DNA of 64,000 nucleotides from Hyphomicrobiales bacterium (GTDB lineage Bacteria; Bacteroidota; Bacteroidia; Bacteroidales; JBGRPZ01): NCBI GenBank assembly GCA_041725915.1, contig JBGRPZ010000002.1, positions 8,593 to 72,592 of the forward strand, read 5' to 3'. Shown piece by piece: positions 9,794 to 18,552 of this stretch (position 1 is its first letter; each line of letters starts with the position of its first letter). The notes under the pieces were generated by a model. It saw only the letters and a program-made list of their open reading frames with translations, ran no database searches and was not told where the DNA came from. The position numbers and the translations under genes were made by a program.

Positions 9794-10969
9794 ATGAAAG
9801 CGAATAAATTGTTCCTCTTAATTATTATAGGAGTATTATTCTCTTGTAATATGAAAAATCGAATCAAATTAGATGATTTTGATCTCCTTAAAGAGTTAGT
9901 CATATATGATTCATTAGATCTACCCTTATCAACTTCATTACATATATATGATTTCAACCCTAATTCGAGTACATACCTAGGTTTACTTGGTAATTACGTC
10001 ATTGGGTTTAATACTGAAGAAAAAGTCTTTTCTTTTGATCGATTTGGAGAAGGTCCAAATGAATATCATTATATGAATCCTTTCTTTGCAAAAACAAAGT
10101 TTCTGAGAGATACATTAGTCATGATAAATGGCAACAACTATCTAAAGCTATATGATTTCAATGGAGATCTACAGCGGAAGATTTGTATTAATGACAATGC
10201 TGCATTTAAAATCAGACATTTTCTTGGGAAAAGCTCCATAGATTCTACAAAATATTATTTCCAAGGAATAAATAAGGAGTATGACCATTCAAAAGGAGTT
10301 ACTGACTTTGACCTCGACAATCAGAGAATCTTTTTTGAATTCTCTGAAAAGGATATGAAATCCAGACAATACGGGAAATTCGAAAAAGAAAATATCATTC
10401 GTGATAAGAAAAGAAGCTACATCTTCTACAAACCTCTAATAACATATAATGACACCTTAAATACTATAGATGTAATCTTCTCTGCAGAACCTAAGCTTTA
10501 TAGATATGATATGAACAATGAAGCAAGCTATAAAGTGATAGAATTACAACCAGAATCATATGGAAAAATGGAGTTCTTACCTGAGAAACAAAGAAAACCA
10601 TCCACTTTTGATCCAAGAGATCGATTTACATATCTGTCTAACTCCTACTATAAGAATTTATATTCAAAAGCTGATACAATTATAACTTGTTACCGTGCTG
10701 GAATAGACAGATTCATAGTAAACAATGAAAGGCCATATATAGAAGAAGTAACAGACTATGTCGACTTTATCAATGACAATTTCAGGTATTATATCAACTA
10801 TTATGTGAAAGGAAAGAAAATCTGTAGAGATATAAATGTCCCTCATAAACACCTGATACTACATATTGGCAATACTAATAATATCGCGCTTAAAAAACTA
10901 GGTCAGGATATAATTGTAAAAGGCACACCTATACAAAGGATCTATTTCGCAAGGATTAGCGATTCTTAG
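9794..10969 (+). CDS. Lipoprotein of unknown function (possibly beta-propeller type)
   Basis: 391 aa with a lipoprotein signal (IIGVLFSC). No catalytic motifs recognised. Lies just upstream of the RiPP locus. Confidence 0.55.
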   Translation: MKANKLFLLIIIGVLFSCNMKNRIKLDDFDLLKELVIYDSLDLPLSTSLHIYDFNPNSSTYLGLLGNYVIGFNTEEKVFSFDRFGEGPNEYHYMNPFFAKTKFLRDTLVMINGNNYLKLYDFNGDLQRKICINDNAAFKIRHFLGKSSIDSTKYYFQGINKEYDHSKGVTDFDLDNQRIFFEFSEKDMKSRQYGKFEKENIIRDKKRSYIFYKPLITYNDTLNTIDVIFSAEPKLYRYDMNNEASYKVIELQPESYGKMEFLPEKQRKPSTFDPRDRFTYLSNSYYKNLYSKADTIITCYRAGIDRFIVNNERPYIEEVTDYVDFINDNFRYYINYYVKGKKICRDINVPHKHLILHIGNTNNIALKKLGQDIIVKGTPIQRIYFARISDS

Positions 10970-11070
10970 CAAGTAAAAGCTATTGCTTATAGAAAGGCCG
11001 AAAAACTTTATCTCTATATCTCATTGTGCTAATTGCACAAATTATTAAATCCATATTAAACAAAATAATT

Positions 11071-11163
11071 ATGAAATCTTAAAAATATATGTGGTTCTGC
11101 CAAAGGGATATATGCATTTGTGGATGTCGTGAATCTGATTTCACTGATTGTGATTGCAAATAA
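11071..11163 (+). pseudogene. Decayed or leaderless paralog of the RiPP precursor
   Basis: ATGAAATCT TAA AAA TAT ATG TGG TTC TGC... shares the first 9-10 nt with the intact precursor start (ATGAAATCTTTAAAA). It has an in-frame TAA at codon 4 and lacks the leader. The remaining frame (11089-11163) encodes MWFCQRDICICGCRESDFTDCDCK, similar to the intact core ..DKITCVCGCRGKD.. Confidence 0.45.
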
Positions 11164-11185
11164 TAATCTCATCCTTCATATAATA

Positions 11186-11219
11186 AATAAAGAAGTCTAT
11201 AAATTGGGGCTTCTTTATT
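11186..11219 (+). terminator. hairpin after the decayed precursor
   Basis: AATAAAGAAG-N14-CTTCTTTATT. Confidence 0.4.
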
Positions 11220-11310
11220 CTATGTCACTCAATAAAAAATATCAAAACTCTATATAAGCTAAACCATAAGCTTATCATACATATTCATTAATCATTAACA
11301 AATATAAAGT

Positions 11311-11523
11311 ATGAAATCTTTAAAATTGAATTCTATAAAGAAAGATAGCCTAATAAAGGAAGACATGAGAGATATTATCGGCTGTGAAGACAAAATCACA
11401 TGTGTTTGTGGATGTAGAGGAAAAGATTCTAGTATAAATAATGGCCTTGATAATAAGAAAAAAGGATTGTGTAGTGCTGCAGGGGGACTAGACTTTAGTA
11501 ATTATGAACATAAAGAAAAATAA
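11311..11523 (+). CDS. RiPP precursor peptide (GG-Bacteroidales-type leader, Cys-rich core)
   Basis: 70 aa. The leader is MKSLKLNSIKKDSLIKEDMRDIIG and the core is CEDKITCVCGCRGKDSS...GLCSAAGG... It sits directly upstream of the radical SAM maturase. Confidence 0.7.
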   Translation: MKSLKLNSIKKDSLIKEDMRDIIGCEDKITCVCGCRGKDSSINNGLDNKKKGLCSAAGGLDFSNYEHKEK

Positions 11524-11526
11524 TTA

Positions 11527-11562
11527 TAGAAGCCTCTATTAAGAGGCTTCTATATCTTTTTT
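11527..11562 (+). terminator. strong hairpin/terminator between precursor and maturase
   Basis: TAGAAGCCTCT-atta-AGAGGCTTCTA followed by a T-run. Begins 4 nt after the precursor stop codon and ends 19 nt before ATG 11581. Confidence 0.75.
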
Positions 11563-11580
11563 ATCCACTATACCAAAAAC

Positions 11581-13014
11581 ATGAGAGAGGCAAATCATTT
11601 ATTGAGTTTAAAAACTCAAGGAGGAAATCATTATATATACGATTCCTTTAATTACAATTTCTATCTTACACATCCGAAGTTAACAGGAGAAATCAATAAA
11701 GATGATTATTATTCACAGAAATATGAGTTCATAAAGAAGAATCTGGCTAGCCAATCAGGGGAAAATATTGCAAAATATAGCACAAGTATAAGCGAAGAAG
11801 AAGTTATTCTGCAATTAGCCAACCTCAAACAATTGCTCTTTGAAGTTACTGAAACCTGCAATCTTAATTGTCTATATTGTGGCTATGGAGATTTTTATAA
11901 GAACGAAGAAAGAAACCATAAGTCATTAAGTTTTCAGGAGATAAAAGGTCTTATTGATCATTTGGCAACTTACTGGAACTCCCAATACTGCTCTCAAAAG
12001 AATGGAGATCTACAAATAAGCTTCTACGGAGGTGAACCATTATTGCAATTCCCATTAATCGAAAAGACTATTGACTACCTTCAGAATAACGAAATCAATA
12101 AGAATATAAGCTACAGGATCACCACAAATGGCGTATTCCTGAATAAGTATTATAAGTTTCTAGTGAAACACAACTTTCATATTGCTATAAGTCTTGATGG
12201 CAATGAATTCAATAACTCACTCAGGCTTACAAAGAACAGCAAAAGCTCTTTTCAAGTCATCTTTGATAATATAAAAAGAATTCAACAAGAATATCCTGAG
12301 TTCTTTGACCAGAAAGTTTCTTTTCAAACTACATTACATCAAAGGAATTCAGTAAAGGGAATTATCACATTCTTTCAGGAGCATTTCAATAAAATACCAT
12401 CAATACAAGAACTAGTTACCAATGATATAAAGAAAGAAAAAGAAGACGAGTTCTATAATACACTCTACAAAAATAAATCAGTAGAAATCAACAGTATTAA
12501 AGAAGCTAGTATAAAGCAAGCTTCCGAAGAGGTGGACTTCAACAGTTCATATTACACTTTCCTTGAAGGCCATTGTGAGAATGCTTTTAATAACATGAAA
12601 GATCTTTATATCAGAAAAAGAGAACAAACTCGTATGAGAACAGGAACCTGTATTCCTTTTCATAAAAAACTATTTGTTACTGCTCATGGAAAAATACTAC
12701 CATGTGAAAGAATCCCTTTTTCTTTCGATTTTGGATACGTATCTAAAGATGAAGTAAGATTAATCCCTTCGGAAGTTGCCGCTGAATACAATCGATTATA
12801 TAAAAGCATATCCAAGCAATGCAAAGCATGTAAAAATATTAATGGTTGTACTCAATGCTTCTATCTATGTGAAAACATCGGAAAAGAAAATACCAAGTGT
12901 TCAGACATTATGGGGAAAAAGGGGGTGAAGCACTATCTCGCTGATACAATTGGATTTTTTGAAGAAAACAAAGCCGCTTACCTAAACATCATATCAAATT
13001 ATATTTATGAATAA
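11581..13014 (+). CDS. Radical SAM/SPASM-domain peptide maturase
   Basis: 477 aa. CNLNCLYCGY is the CxxxCxxC cluster motif. SFYGGEPLL. The C-terminal Cys cluster (GTCIPF...LPCERI...CKACKNINGCTQCFYLC) is typical of SPASM/twitch domains. Confidence 0.85.
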   Translation: MREANHLLSLKTQGGNHYIYDSFNYNFYLTHPKLTGEINKDDYYSQKYEFIKKNLASQSGENIAKYSTSISEEEVILQLANLKQLLFEVTETCNLNCLYCGYGDFYKNEERNHKSLSFQEIKGLIDHLATYWNSQYCSQKNGDLQISFYGGEPLLQFPLIEKTIDYLQNNEINKNISYRITTNGVFLNKYYKFLVKHNFHIAISLDGNEFNNSLRLTKNSKSSFQVIFDNIKRIQQEYPEFFDQKVSFQTTLHQRNSVKGIITFFQEHFNKIPSIQELVTNDIKKEKEDEFYNTLYKNKSVEINSIKEASIKQASEEVDFNSSYYTFLEGHCENAFNNMKDLYIRKREQTRMRTGTCIPFHKKLFVTAHGKILPCERIPFSFDFGYVSKDEVRLIPSEVAAEYNRLYKSISKQCKACKNINGCTQCFYLCENIGKENTKCSDIMGKKGVKHYLADTIGFFEENKAAYLNIISNYIYE

Positions 13015-14263
13015 CACAAAGTATTGGTTCTATATAGAGCCATATTGTCATGTGTCAGTTACCACCAACAAAGTAATGGTAATTAACACTTTCAATAAAG
13101 AAAAGATCGCAAATTCTTCATCAAAAGTAATTGAATTGATAAAAAGGTCGGAAGAGAAAGAACAATTTAAGGTTCATGAGTTATCCGAAGAACAACTAAA
13201 GCAAAAAGAAATCAATGCGTTTGTAAATCAACTGAGATCTACTTTCTCTGGTGATATAATCCCTCAGAACTTTTCTAAAGAAAAGCCTGTACAAATCCTT
13301 CCAGAGCCTATCTTTTTAAATGGTAGACTGAAGTTTTTAAATAAGAAATCAAAGGGGGTTAATAATGTGTACCCATGGATCAGAGAGATAAGCATCGATT
13401 TTGGAGGAAATAAATCTTTATCAACTCCTTTTGATATCGATCTATGCAAGCAACTATTATTCCTTGATAAAAGAAATACACAAACATTAGATCTTGATTC
13501 TATAAAACCCTTTATAGATGATATTCTTGCAAAAAATAGTTTTTGTACATTCCGACTTACAGGAAATAGCCTTTATAATTCTGATTACATAAAAAAGGTG
13601 AAAGACATATTCAAGGAGCATGACAACAGAGTGTGTATTCAGTTTTATTATCAAAAGCTTGTTGAGCTTATCAATTCAAACCAAATTAATTTCCTTGATT
13701 CTATTTGTCCAAGAGCAGATATATTCATAGATAAAAGTACTGCATGGGAAAATGTAACTCAAATCCATCAATTATTGCAGAAATATGAAATAGATACTCT
13801 CTTTACTTTTATTATAGAAAATGAAGGTTGCCTGACAAGATATGAAGAAGTTTCAACAAACAATCCTGATGCAATAATAAATGTACAGCCCATCTACACA
13901 GGAAATAATATAGAATTCCTTAGAGAGCATGTATTTCTGAATGAAGATGATATTATTGGAGGTCTTGATCCTATAAAAGAGATCCACTTAAGAAAGTATA
14001 TCAACCAGAATTTCTTTGGAAAACTTCATATCAATGCATTGGGAAAAATATATGCAAACATCAACTTTGAACCATTGGGGAATATCAAGCATCATTCAAT
14101 CCATGATATTATAAATAAGGAACTCACTGAAAGAAACACCTGGAGAATGATACGAAATCAAAAGCCTTGTTCTGAATGTGTTTATCAATACTTATGCCCT
14201 AGTCCTTCAGAAATAGAGATTAACTCTAAGCAGTCCAATCTCTGTAATGTTGACTTAAATTGA
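13007..14263 (+). CDS. Pseudo-rSAM accessory protein (no CxxxCxxC motif, retains a C-terminal Cys motif)
   Basis: 418 aa. Overlaps the maturase by 8 nt. No radical-SAM Cys triad. C-terminal KPCSECVYQYLCPSP. The architecture matches the 'pseudo-rSAM protein, GG-Bacteroidales system' description from memory. Confidence 0.6.
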   Translation: MNNTKYWFYIEPYCHVSVTTNKVMVINTFNKEKIANSSSKVIELIKRSEEKEQFKVHELSEEQLKQKEINAFVNQLRSTFSGDIIPQNFSKEKPVQILPEPIFLNGRLKFLNKKSKGVNNVYPWIREISIDFGGNKSLSTPFDIDLCKQLLFLDKRNTQTLDLDSIKPFIDDILAKNSFCTFRLTGNSLYNSDYIKKVKDIFKEHDNRVCIQFYYQKLVELINSNQINFLDSICPRADIFIDKSTAWENVTQIHQLLQKYEIDTLFTFIIENEGCLTRYEEVSTNNPDAIINVQPIYTGNNIEFLREHVFLNEDDIIGGLDPIKEIHLRKYINQNFFGKLHINALGKIYANINFEPLGNIKHHSIHDIINKELTERNTWRMIRNQKPCSECVYQYLCPSPSEIEINSKQSNLCNVDLN

Positions 14264-14299
14264 AATTCATCAATGCGATAATAATATGATATAATCAAG

Positions 14300-16666
14300 A
14301 TGAAAATATCTCTTAAACTTTTATTACGGCATTTCCGTAAAGATTCGGCTTTCTATATTATCAATATTGGGGGATTATGTCTGGGAGTATTAACAATAAT
14401 AATGATATCTATGTGGCTGGTCTCTGAATTTAATTATGATAAGTTTCATAATAATTCAGAATCTATATACAGAATCGTTTGTGAGAACTCTGCTACAAAT
14501 CAAAAATCTGCTTTTACTCCAAACGCTATACCCAAAAGTCTGAAAGATCGCTTTTCAATAATCGATGATGCTACTTATATTCAACCGCATGGAAAGAAAT
14601 GTTATATCACATATAATGAACATACTTTTACTGCAAAAAACCAATTTGTAGGAAAACGATTCTTCGATATTTTCAGCTTTCAGGTTCTGGAAGGGAATCC
14701 AAAGGAAATTGATGAAGAAAATAGAAAAGTTGTAATAACAAGCAGTCTGGCAAAGAAATTATTCGGAAATCAAAGTGCTATCGGAAAAGTAATTAAGCGT
14801 GGATATCCTGTTAATGGTACTTTTAAGGTCTGTGCTGTCATTGATGATGTCAAAAATACTCATTTAGATCTGGAGTTTATTACTCTTGACCATCCCCATC
14901 CTGCTAATAAATGGACTCATAATGAGGTCATGTCATATGTTGTACATAAAGGAGATCCAAAAACCTTGCACGAACATCAACAAATCGCTCAGCATCTTGA
15001 TGACAAACTAGACCTTGGTGATTTTCTGGAATTCCAGCCTATTACAGATATACATCTCTATACAAACTTCTCTGATCCTGCGGTCAAGAATCATGGCAAT
15101 CTGGGCTTTATATCTATATTGGCAATAATAATGATTGTTATTATTATTCTTACTGTCTTTAATTTCATCAATCTATCTGTTGCCAAATCTGAAACTAAGT
15201 TCAAGGAATTGGCATTAAAGAAGATCTTCGGAGTTCAAAAGAAAGAAGTGCTCTATCAAATCCTTTTTGAATCAATAATACAGATTCTTATTGCTGTAGT
15301 TATTTCTGTATTTATTGTTATTATTCTGGGAGATAGATATCAGGAATTTATAGGCATTCACTCTTCTTTCCTTGATTTTGGGTTAAATTTCTATCTTTTG
15401 ATTGCTGTGGCTCTTTTATTAATGGTTCTTCCTTCAAGCCTATATCTGGGAAACTATCTGTATAAATTCAATCCTATAAAGATATTTTCAGGAGGAAATA
15501 CAAAAAGAAACAAATCGGAAATTCGAAGAATAGTATTTTATCTACAAATGTTTATTAGTCTTTCTTTACTTATCTCTGCATATACATTCAATGCTCAATT
15601 GCAATACATGAGAAACAAAAACCTCGGTTTAGATCTCGATAATATAATACAGATAAAAGCCGGAGAGATGATGTATCAGTTTGACAATCTCAGACCTGAG
15701 TTATTGAAGAATCCAAATATAATCTCCGTTTCTGCTGCTTATAGTCCTCCTGAAGATCTATCATATAAGATTACTAATGTGAAATTAAATGGTGAAAGTA
15801 TAGATATTAAGTCTCCATTCTTTGGTTTTTTTTGCTCTCAAGATTTTAATACCACTTTTGGGCTTTCAATGGTCAAAGGAACCTTTTTAACAGAAATCAA
15901 CAGTTTTAAAAGGCATTTCAATATCACTTCAAGAAAGAAATCAAATGATGAAATTGTATTGAATGAAGCTGCTATAAAGTTGCTAAAACTTAAAGATCCT
16001 ATTGGCAAGACCATATCTGCAAATAATCATATCCATGGCAAAGTGATTGGAGTTGTTAAAGATTTTCACTTTAAGCCTATTAATGAGAACATCGCTCCTC
16101 TGCTTATTTATTACAGTGCTGAAGAGTTCTGGACCTTCTTTGTTCGCCTCAAAAAAGGAAATGAAAAGGAAACCATCAATTATATAGAAACAAAGTCCAA
16201 ACAATTCACCAAAAACGAACCTTTCACTTATAGTTATGTAAAGGAAGCCTTTACAAACAGATATAAAAGCGAAGCCAGCTTAAGCTATATGACTAATATA
16301 TTTACAATGTTGGCTGTCATAATTGCTCTTATTGGGTTTATTGGCATACTCACTTTTGACCTGAGTAGGCGAACTAAAGAAATCGGAATCAGAAAGATTT
16401 TAGGTGGTGGAACTAGAAGTATAATCATTCTTTTTCTCAAGGAAATCAGCATAACATTGGGAATTGTATTTGTCCCTACATCATTTATTCTGTATTTTCT
16501 TATGGATATATGGCTTGCCTCATATGCATATAGCATAACATTTCAAGTCCTCTTCCCTATCTTCGCTCTAGCAACATTATTGATACCTATATTTATTATA
16601 GTCAGTGTTGTTGTTTCTGTAAAAACCAAAGTAAATCCCATAGATACAATTAGAATAGATAATTAA
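14300..16666 (+). CDS. FtsX/MacB-type ABC transporter permease (two FtsX domains)
   Basis: 788 aa. N-terminal TM, large periplasmic domain, 3 TM, second periplasmic domain and a C-terminal 3 TM bundle, with motifs IGIRKILGG and PIDTIR. No ATPase gene is adjacent. Confidence 0.85.
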   Translation: MKISLKLLLRHFRKDSAFYIINIGGLCLGVLTIIMISMWLVSEFNYDKFHNNSESIYRIVCENSATNQKSAFTPNAIPKSLKDRFSIIDDATYIQPHGKKCYITYNEHTFTAKNQFVGKRFFDIFSFQVLEGNPKEIDEENRKVVITSSLAKKLFGNQSAIGKVIKRGYPVNGTFKVCAVIDDVKNTHLDLEFITLDHPHPANKWTHNEVMSYVVHKGDPKTLHEHQQIAQHLDDKLDLGDFLEFQPITDIHLYTNFSDPAVKNHGNLGFISILAIIMIVIIILTVFNFINLSVAKSETKFKELALKKIFGVQKKEVLYQILFESIIQILIAVVISVFIVIILGDRYQEFIGIHSSFLDFGLNFYLLIAVALLLMVLPSSLYLGNYLYKFNPIKIFSGGNTKRNKSEIRRIVFYLQMFISLSLLISAYTFNAQLQYMRNKNLGLDLDNIIQIKAGEMMYQFDNLRPELLKNPNIISVSAAYSPPEDLSYKITNVKLNGESIDIKSPFFGFFCSQDFNTTFGLSMVKGTFLTEINSFKRHFNITSRKKSNDEIVLNEAAIKLLKLKDPIGKTISANNHIHGKVIGVVKDFHFKPINENIAPLLIYYSAEEFWTFFVRLKKGNEKETINYIETKSKQFTKNEPFTYSYVKEAFTNRYKSEASLSYMTNIFTMLAVIIALIGFIGILTFDLSRRTKEIGIRKILGGGTRSIIILFLKEISITLGIVFVPTSFILYFLMDIWLASYAYSITFQVLFPIFALATLLIPIFIIVSVVVSVKTKVNPIDTIRIDN

Positions 16667-16686
16667 ATATTTAAATCAAATTAACA

Positions 16687-17202
16687 ATGAAGAAAGCATT
16701 ATTAAACTTAACTCTTTTATTAGCAATAGTAGGATTATTCTCATGTTCACAGAATACTCCAAAAAAAGAAACAACAAGTAAAGCCTCAGAAGAAACTAAT
16801 CTTGTAGCTAATACCTCAAAAACACAAAAGAATAAAGACATTATCCCAGCTTCAAAGTCTGATGTGATATTTAATATTGTTGACAAACATCCTTCATATG
16901 TAGGTGGAACAGATAAAATGGTTGAATACCTTAGCAAAAACATAACTCCAAGAACAGATTTATTCAAGAAAAAAACAAAGTTCGCTATTTCTTTTGTTGT
17001 TGAAGTAGATAGTTCGCTCTCTAATATCGAAGTCTTCAGAATTGAAGATCCTCATGTAATAAAAGAAGTTACCAAGATCATTGGAAACATGAAGTGGGTT
17101 CCTGCTGTAAATAAAGGTAAAAGAGTTAGATGTAAATATATGCTTCCTATATTCTTCCCTTATGAAATGCCTGATGACCCTGTAGATATGAGTGCAAAAT
17201 AA
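16687..17202 (+). CDS. Lipoprotein with a TonB C-terminal-like domain
   Basis: 171 aa with lipobox LFSC. HPSYVGGTDKMVEYLSKNI...VVEVDSSLSNIEVFR...MKWVPAVNKGKRVRCKYMLPIFF resembles the TonB_C fold pattern. Confidence 0.65.
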   Translation: MKKALLNLTLLLAIVGLFSCSQNTPKKETTSKASEETNLVANTSKTQKNKDIIPASKSDVIFNIVDKHPSYVGGTDKMVEYLSKNITPRTDLFKKKTKFAISFVVEVDSSLSNIEVFRIEDPHVIKEVTKIIGNMKWVPAVNKGKRVRCKYMLPIFFPYEMPDDPVDMSAK

Positions 17203-17240
17203 TATCGATATTTACCGTATACCCCTACGGTAAACTACAA

Positions 17241-17275
17241 AAAGAGACCAGCTCATTTCATGAGTTGGTCTCTTT
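17241..17275. repeat. Left copy of a 35-nt hairpin direct repeat (bidirectional terminator-like)
   Basis: AAAGAGACCAGCTCATttcATGAGTTGGTCTCTTT, identical to 18553-18587. Confidence 0.85.
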
Positions 17276-17345
17276 GTATTTTTTATCTTATAAATGTTTC
17301 TGTCTTATCTATTTTAACCGTCTCGAAGCATTAAATAAGAACGTA

Positions 17346-17807
17346 TTATTTTAATTGTTTTTCATATTCATCTGGATGAAGTAAAAACGATCCTATATCT
17401 GATACTTCACTATTCTTAATGCCATTGTATATTTGAGTATATTCATTTAAACTAAGATTACCTCCTAATTTAAAGCTTTTGTCAGAACACTTTTTTATTA
17501 ACTTCTCTTTACTTATAGTAAAGTATTCATTACAATTAACAACTGTATCTTTTGTAAAAGGACTGTTTTTATGAGGAGCCAAATACACTAAAGTATTATA
17601 ATCTAATTGATTTCTATCAAAATAGGAGGCTTTCTTCGAAACTTGTGAGGTACAACAAACAAGAAAATTATCATTGCCATAAGTCGCAACAACAATGAAA
17701 TAATGTGGGGTATCATTATTCTCTAGAAATTCAGGTGCTTTAAATTTATATATTACACCTACTGTTAAAGTCTTGTTTATTAAATAACTGGGAGGGAAAT
17801 CTACCAT
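17346..17807 (-). CDS. Putative toxin partner (MazF/PemK-like signature, tentative)
   Basis: 153 aa. The start codon overlaps the upstream stop codon (TAATG). GVIYKFKAP...PHYFIVVA...FLVCCTSQVSKK parallels E. coli MazF GDLIWVDFDP...HRPAVVLS...CLCVPCTTQSKG. Compared by eye only. Confidence 0.5.
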   Translation of the reverse strand: MVDFPPSYLINKTLTVGVIYKFKAPEFLENNDTPHYFIVVATYGNDNFLVCCTSQVSKKASYFDRNQLDYNTLVYLAPHKNSPFTKDTVVNCNEYFTISKEKLIKKCSDKSFKLGGNLSLNEYTQIYNGIKNSEVSDIGSFLLHPDEYEKQLK

Positions 17808-18370
17808 TAACTATCTAAGTATGATTGTATATTCTTATGAGTAAGAAAAACCCCTTTAGAATGCTCACTCACTTTACTATCATAAATATACTCTTTTATA
17901 AATTCATCTGGACATTTGAAAAAATCTTCTAATTCAACAGAAAACCTTGATCCTTTCTCTTGAATCTCATTTTTAAACCTAGTCCATTCAGGGAATTTAT
18001 GAGAAATCTCACTTAATATAAAGCCATCTTTTTCACCAAAATCTTTCCATACCTGCTCCATAACATCTAAATCGGACTTAGAAAAAAATCTTTTATCAAA
18101 AGATTCAACTAATGAAGTTATAATATACTCTGAAACTTCAAATAAATCTTCTTGAGATTTCCTTGAAAGATCCATAGCCCTTGATGGAATAGGACCATTT
18201 TTCATTGCATAATAATTGTCTTGTAAGACCATTCTACCAAACTTATTAAGGTGAATACGATCTGACAACCAAATTAATTTCATCAACTTTATTCTATCAA
18301 TTTGTCTATTAGGAGATTTTAAGACAAAGAACAGAATCGAATTTAATATTTTCTTATCCCTTATATTCAT
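17807..18370 (-). CDS. Panacea/SocA-like (DUF4065) antitoxin-domain protein
   Basis: 187 aa. ...IDRIKLMKLIWLSDRIHLNKFGRMVLQDNYYAMKNGPIPS... matches the remembered core of DUF4065/Panacea proteins (KL.KLLY..D...L...G.p.....y.A...GPV). Confidence 0.65.
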   Translation of the reverse strand: MNIRDKKILNSILFFVLKSPNRQIDRIKLMKLIWLSDRIHLNKFGRMVLQDNYYAMKNGPIPSRAMDLSRKSQEDLFEVSEYIITSLVESFDKRFFSKSDLDVMEQVWKDFGEKDGFILSEISHKFPEWTRFKNEIQEKGSRFSVELEDFFKCPDEFIKEYIYDSKVSEHSKGVFLTHKNIQSYLDS

Positions 18371-18428
18371 GTTGGCAATAATTAACTTTATTTCAATTCT
18401 TTCTGGTAGGATTATAAGTATAACTATA

Positions 18429-18436
18429 CAAAGTTA
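18429..18436 (-). promoter_or_regulatory. candidate -7 box for the two-gene cassette
   Basis: The minus strand reads TAACTTTG (TAnnTTTG), about 59 nt upstream of ATG 18370. Confidence 0.35.
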
Positions 18437-18552
18437 AGGTGTATTTCCTTAAAATGTTCAATTTCTATTGAAAAACGACAATTATAGTTAAAATTGCCAG
18501 AAATAAATATATAGTAATTTACTATAGTATTAACATGACATATACTAATAAT

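Noticed and set aside
17211-17236. Extra hairpin TTTACCGTA-N6-TACGGTAAA just before the left 35-nt repeat, considered as part of a mobile-element end
   Set aside because: It has no counterpart at the right repeat. It is most simply the TonB-like gene's own 3' hairpin.
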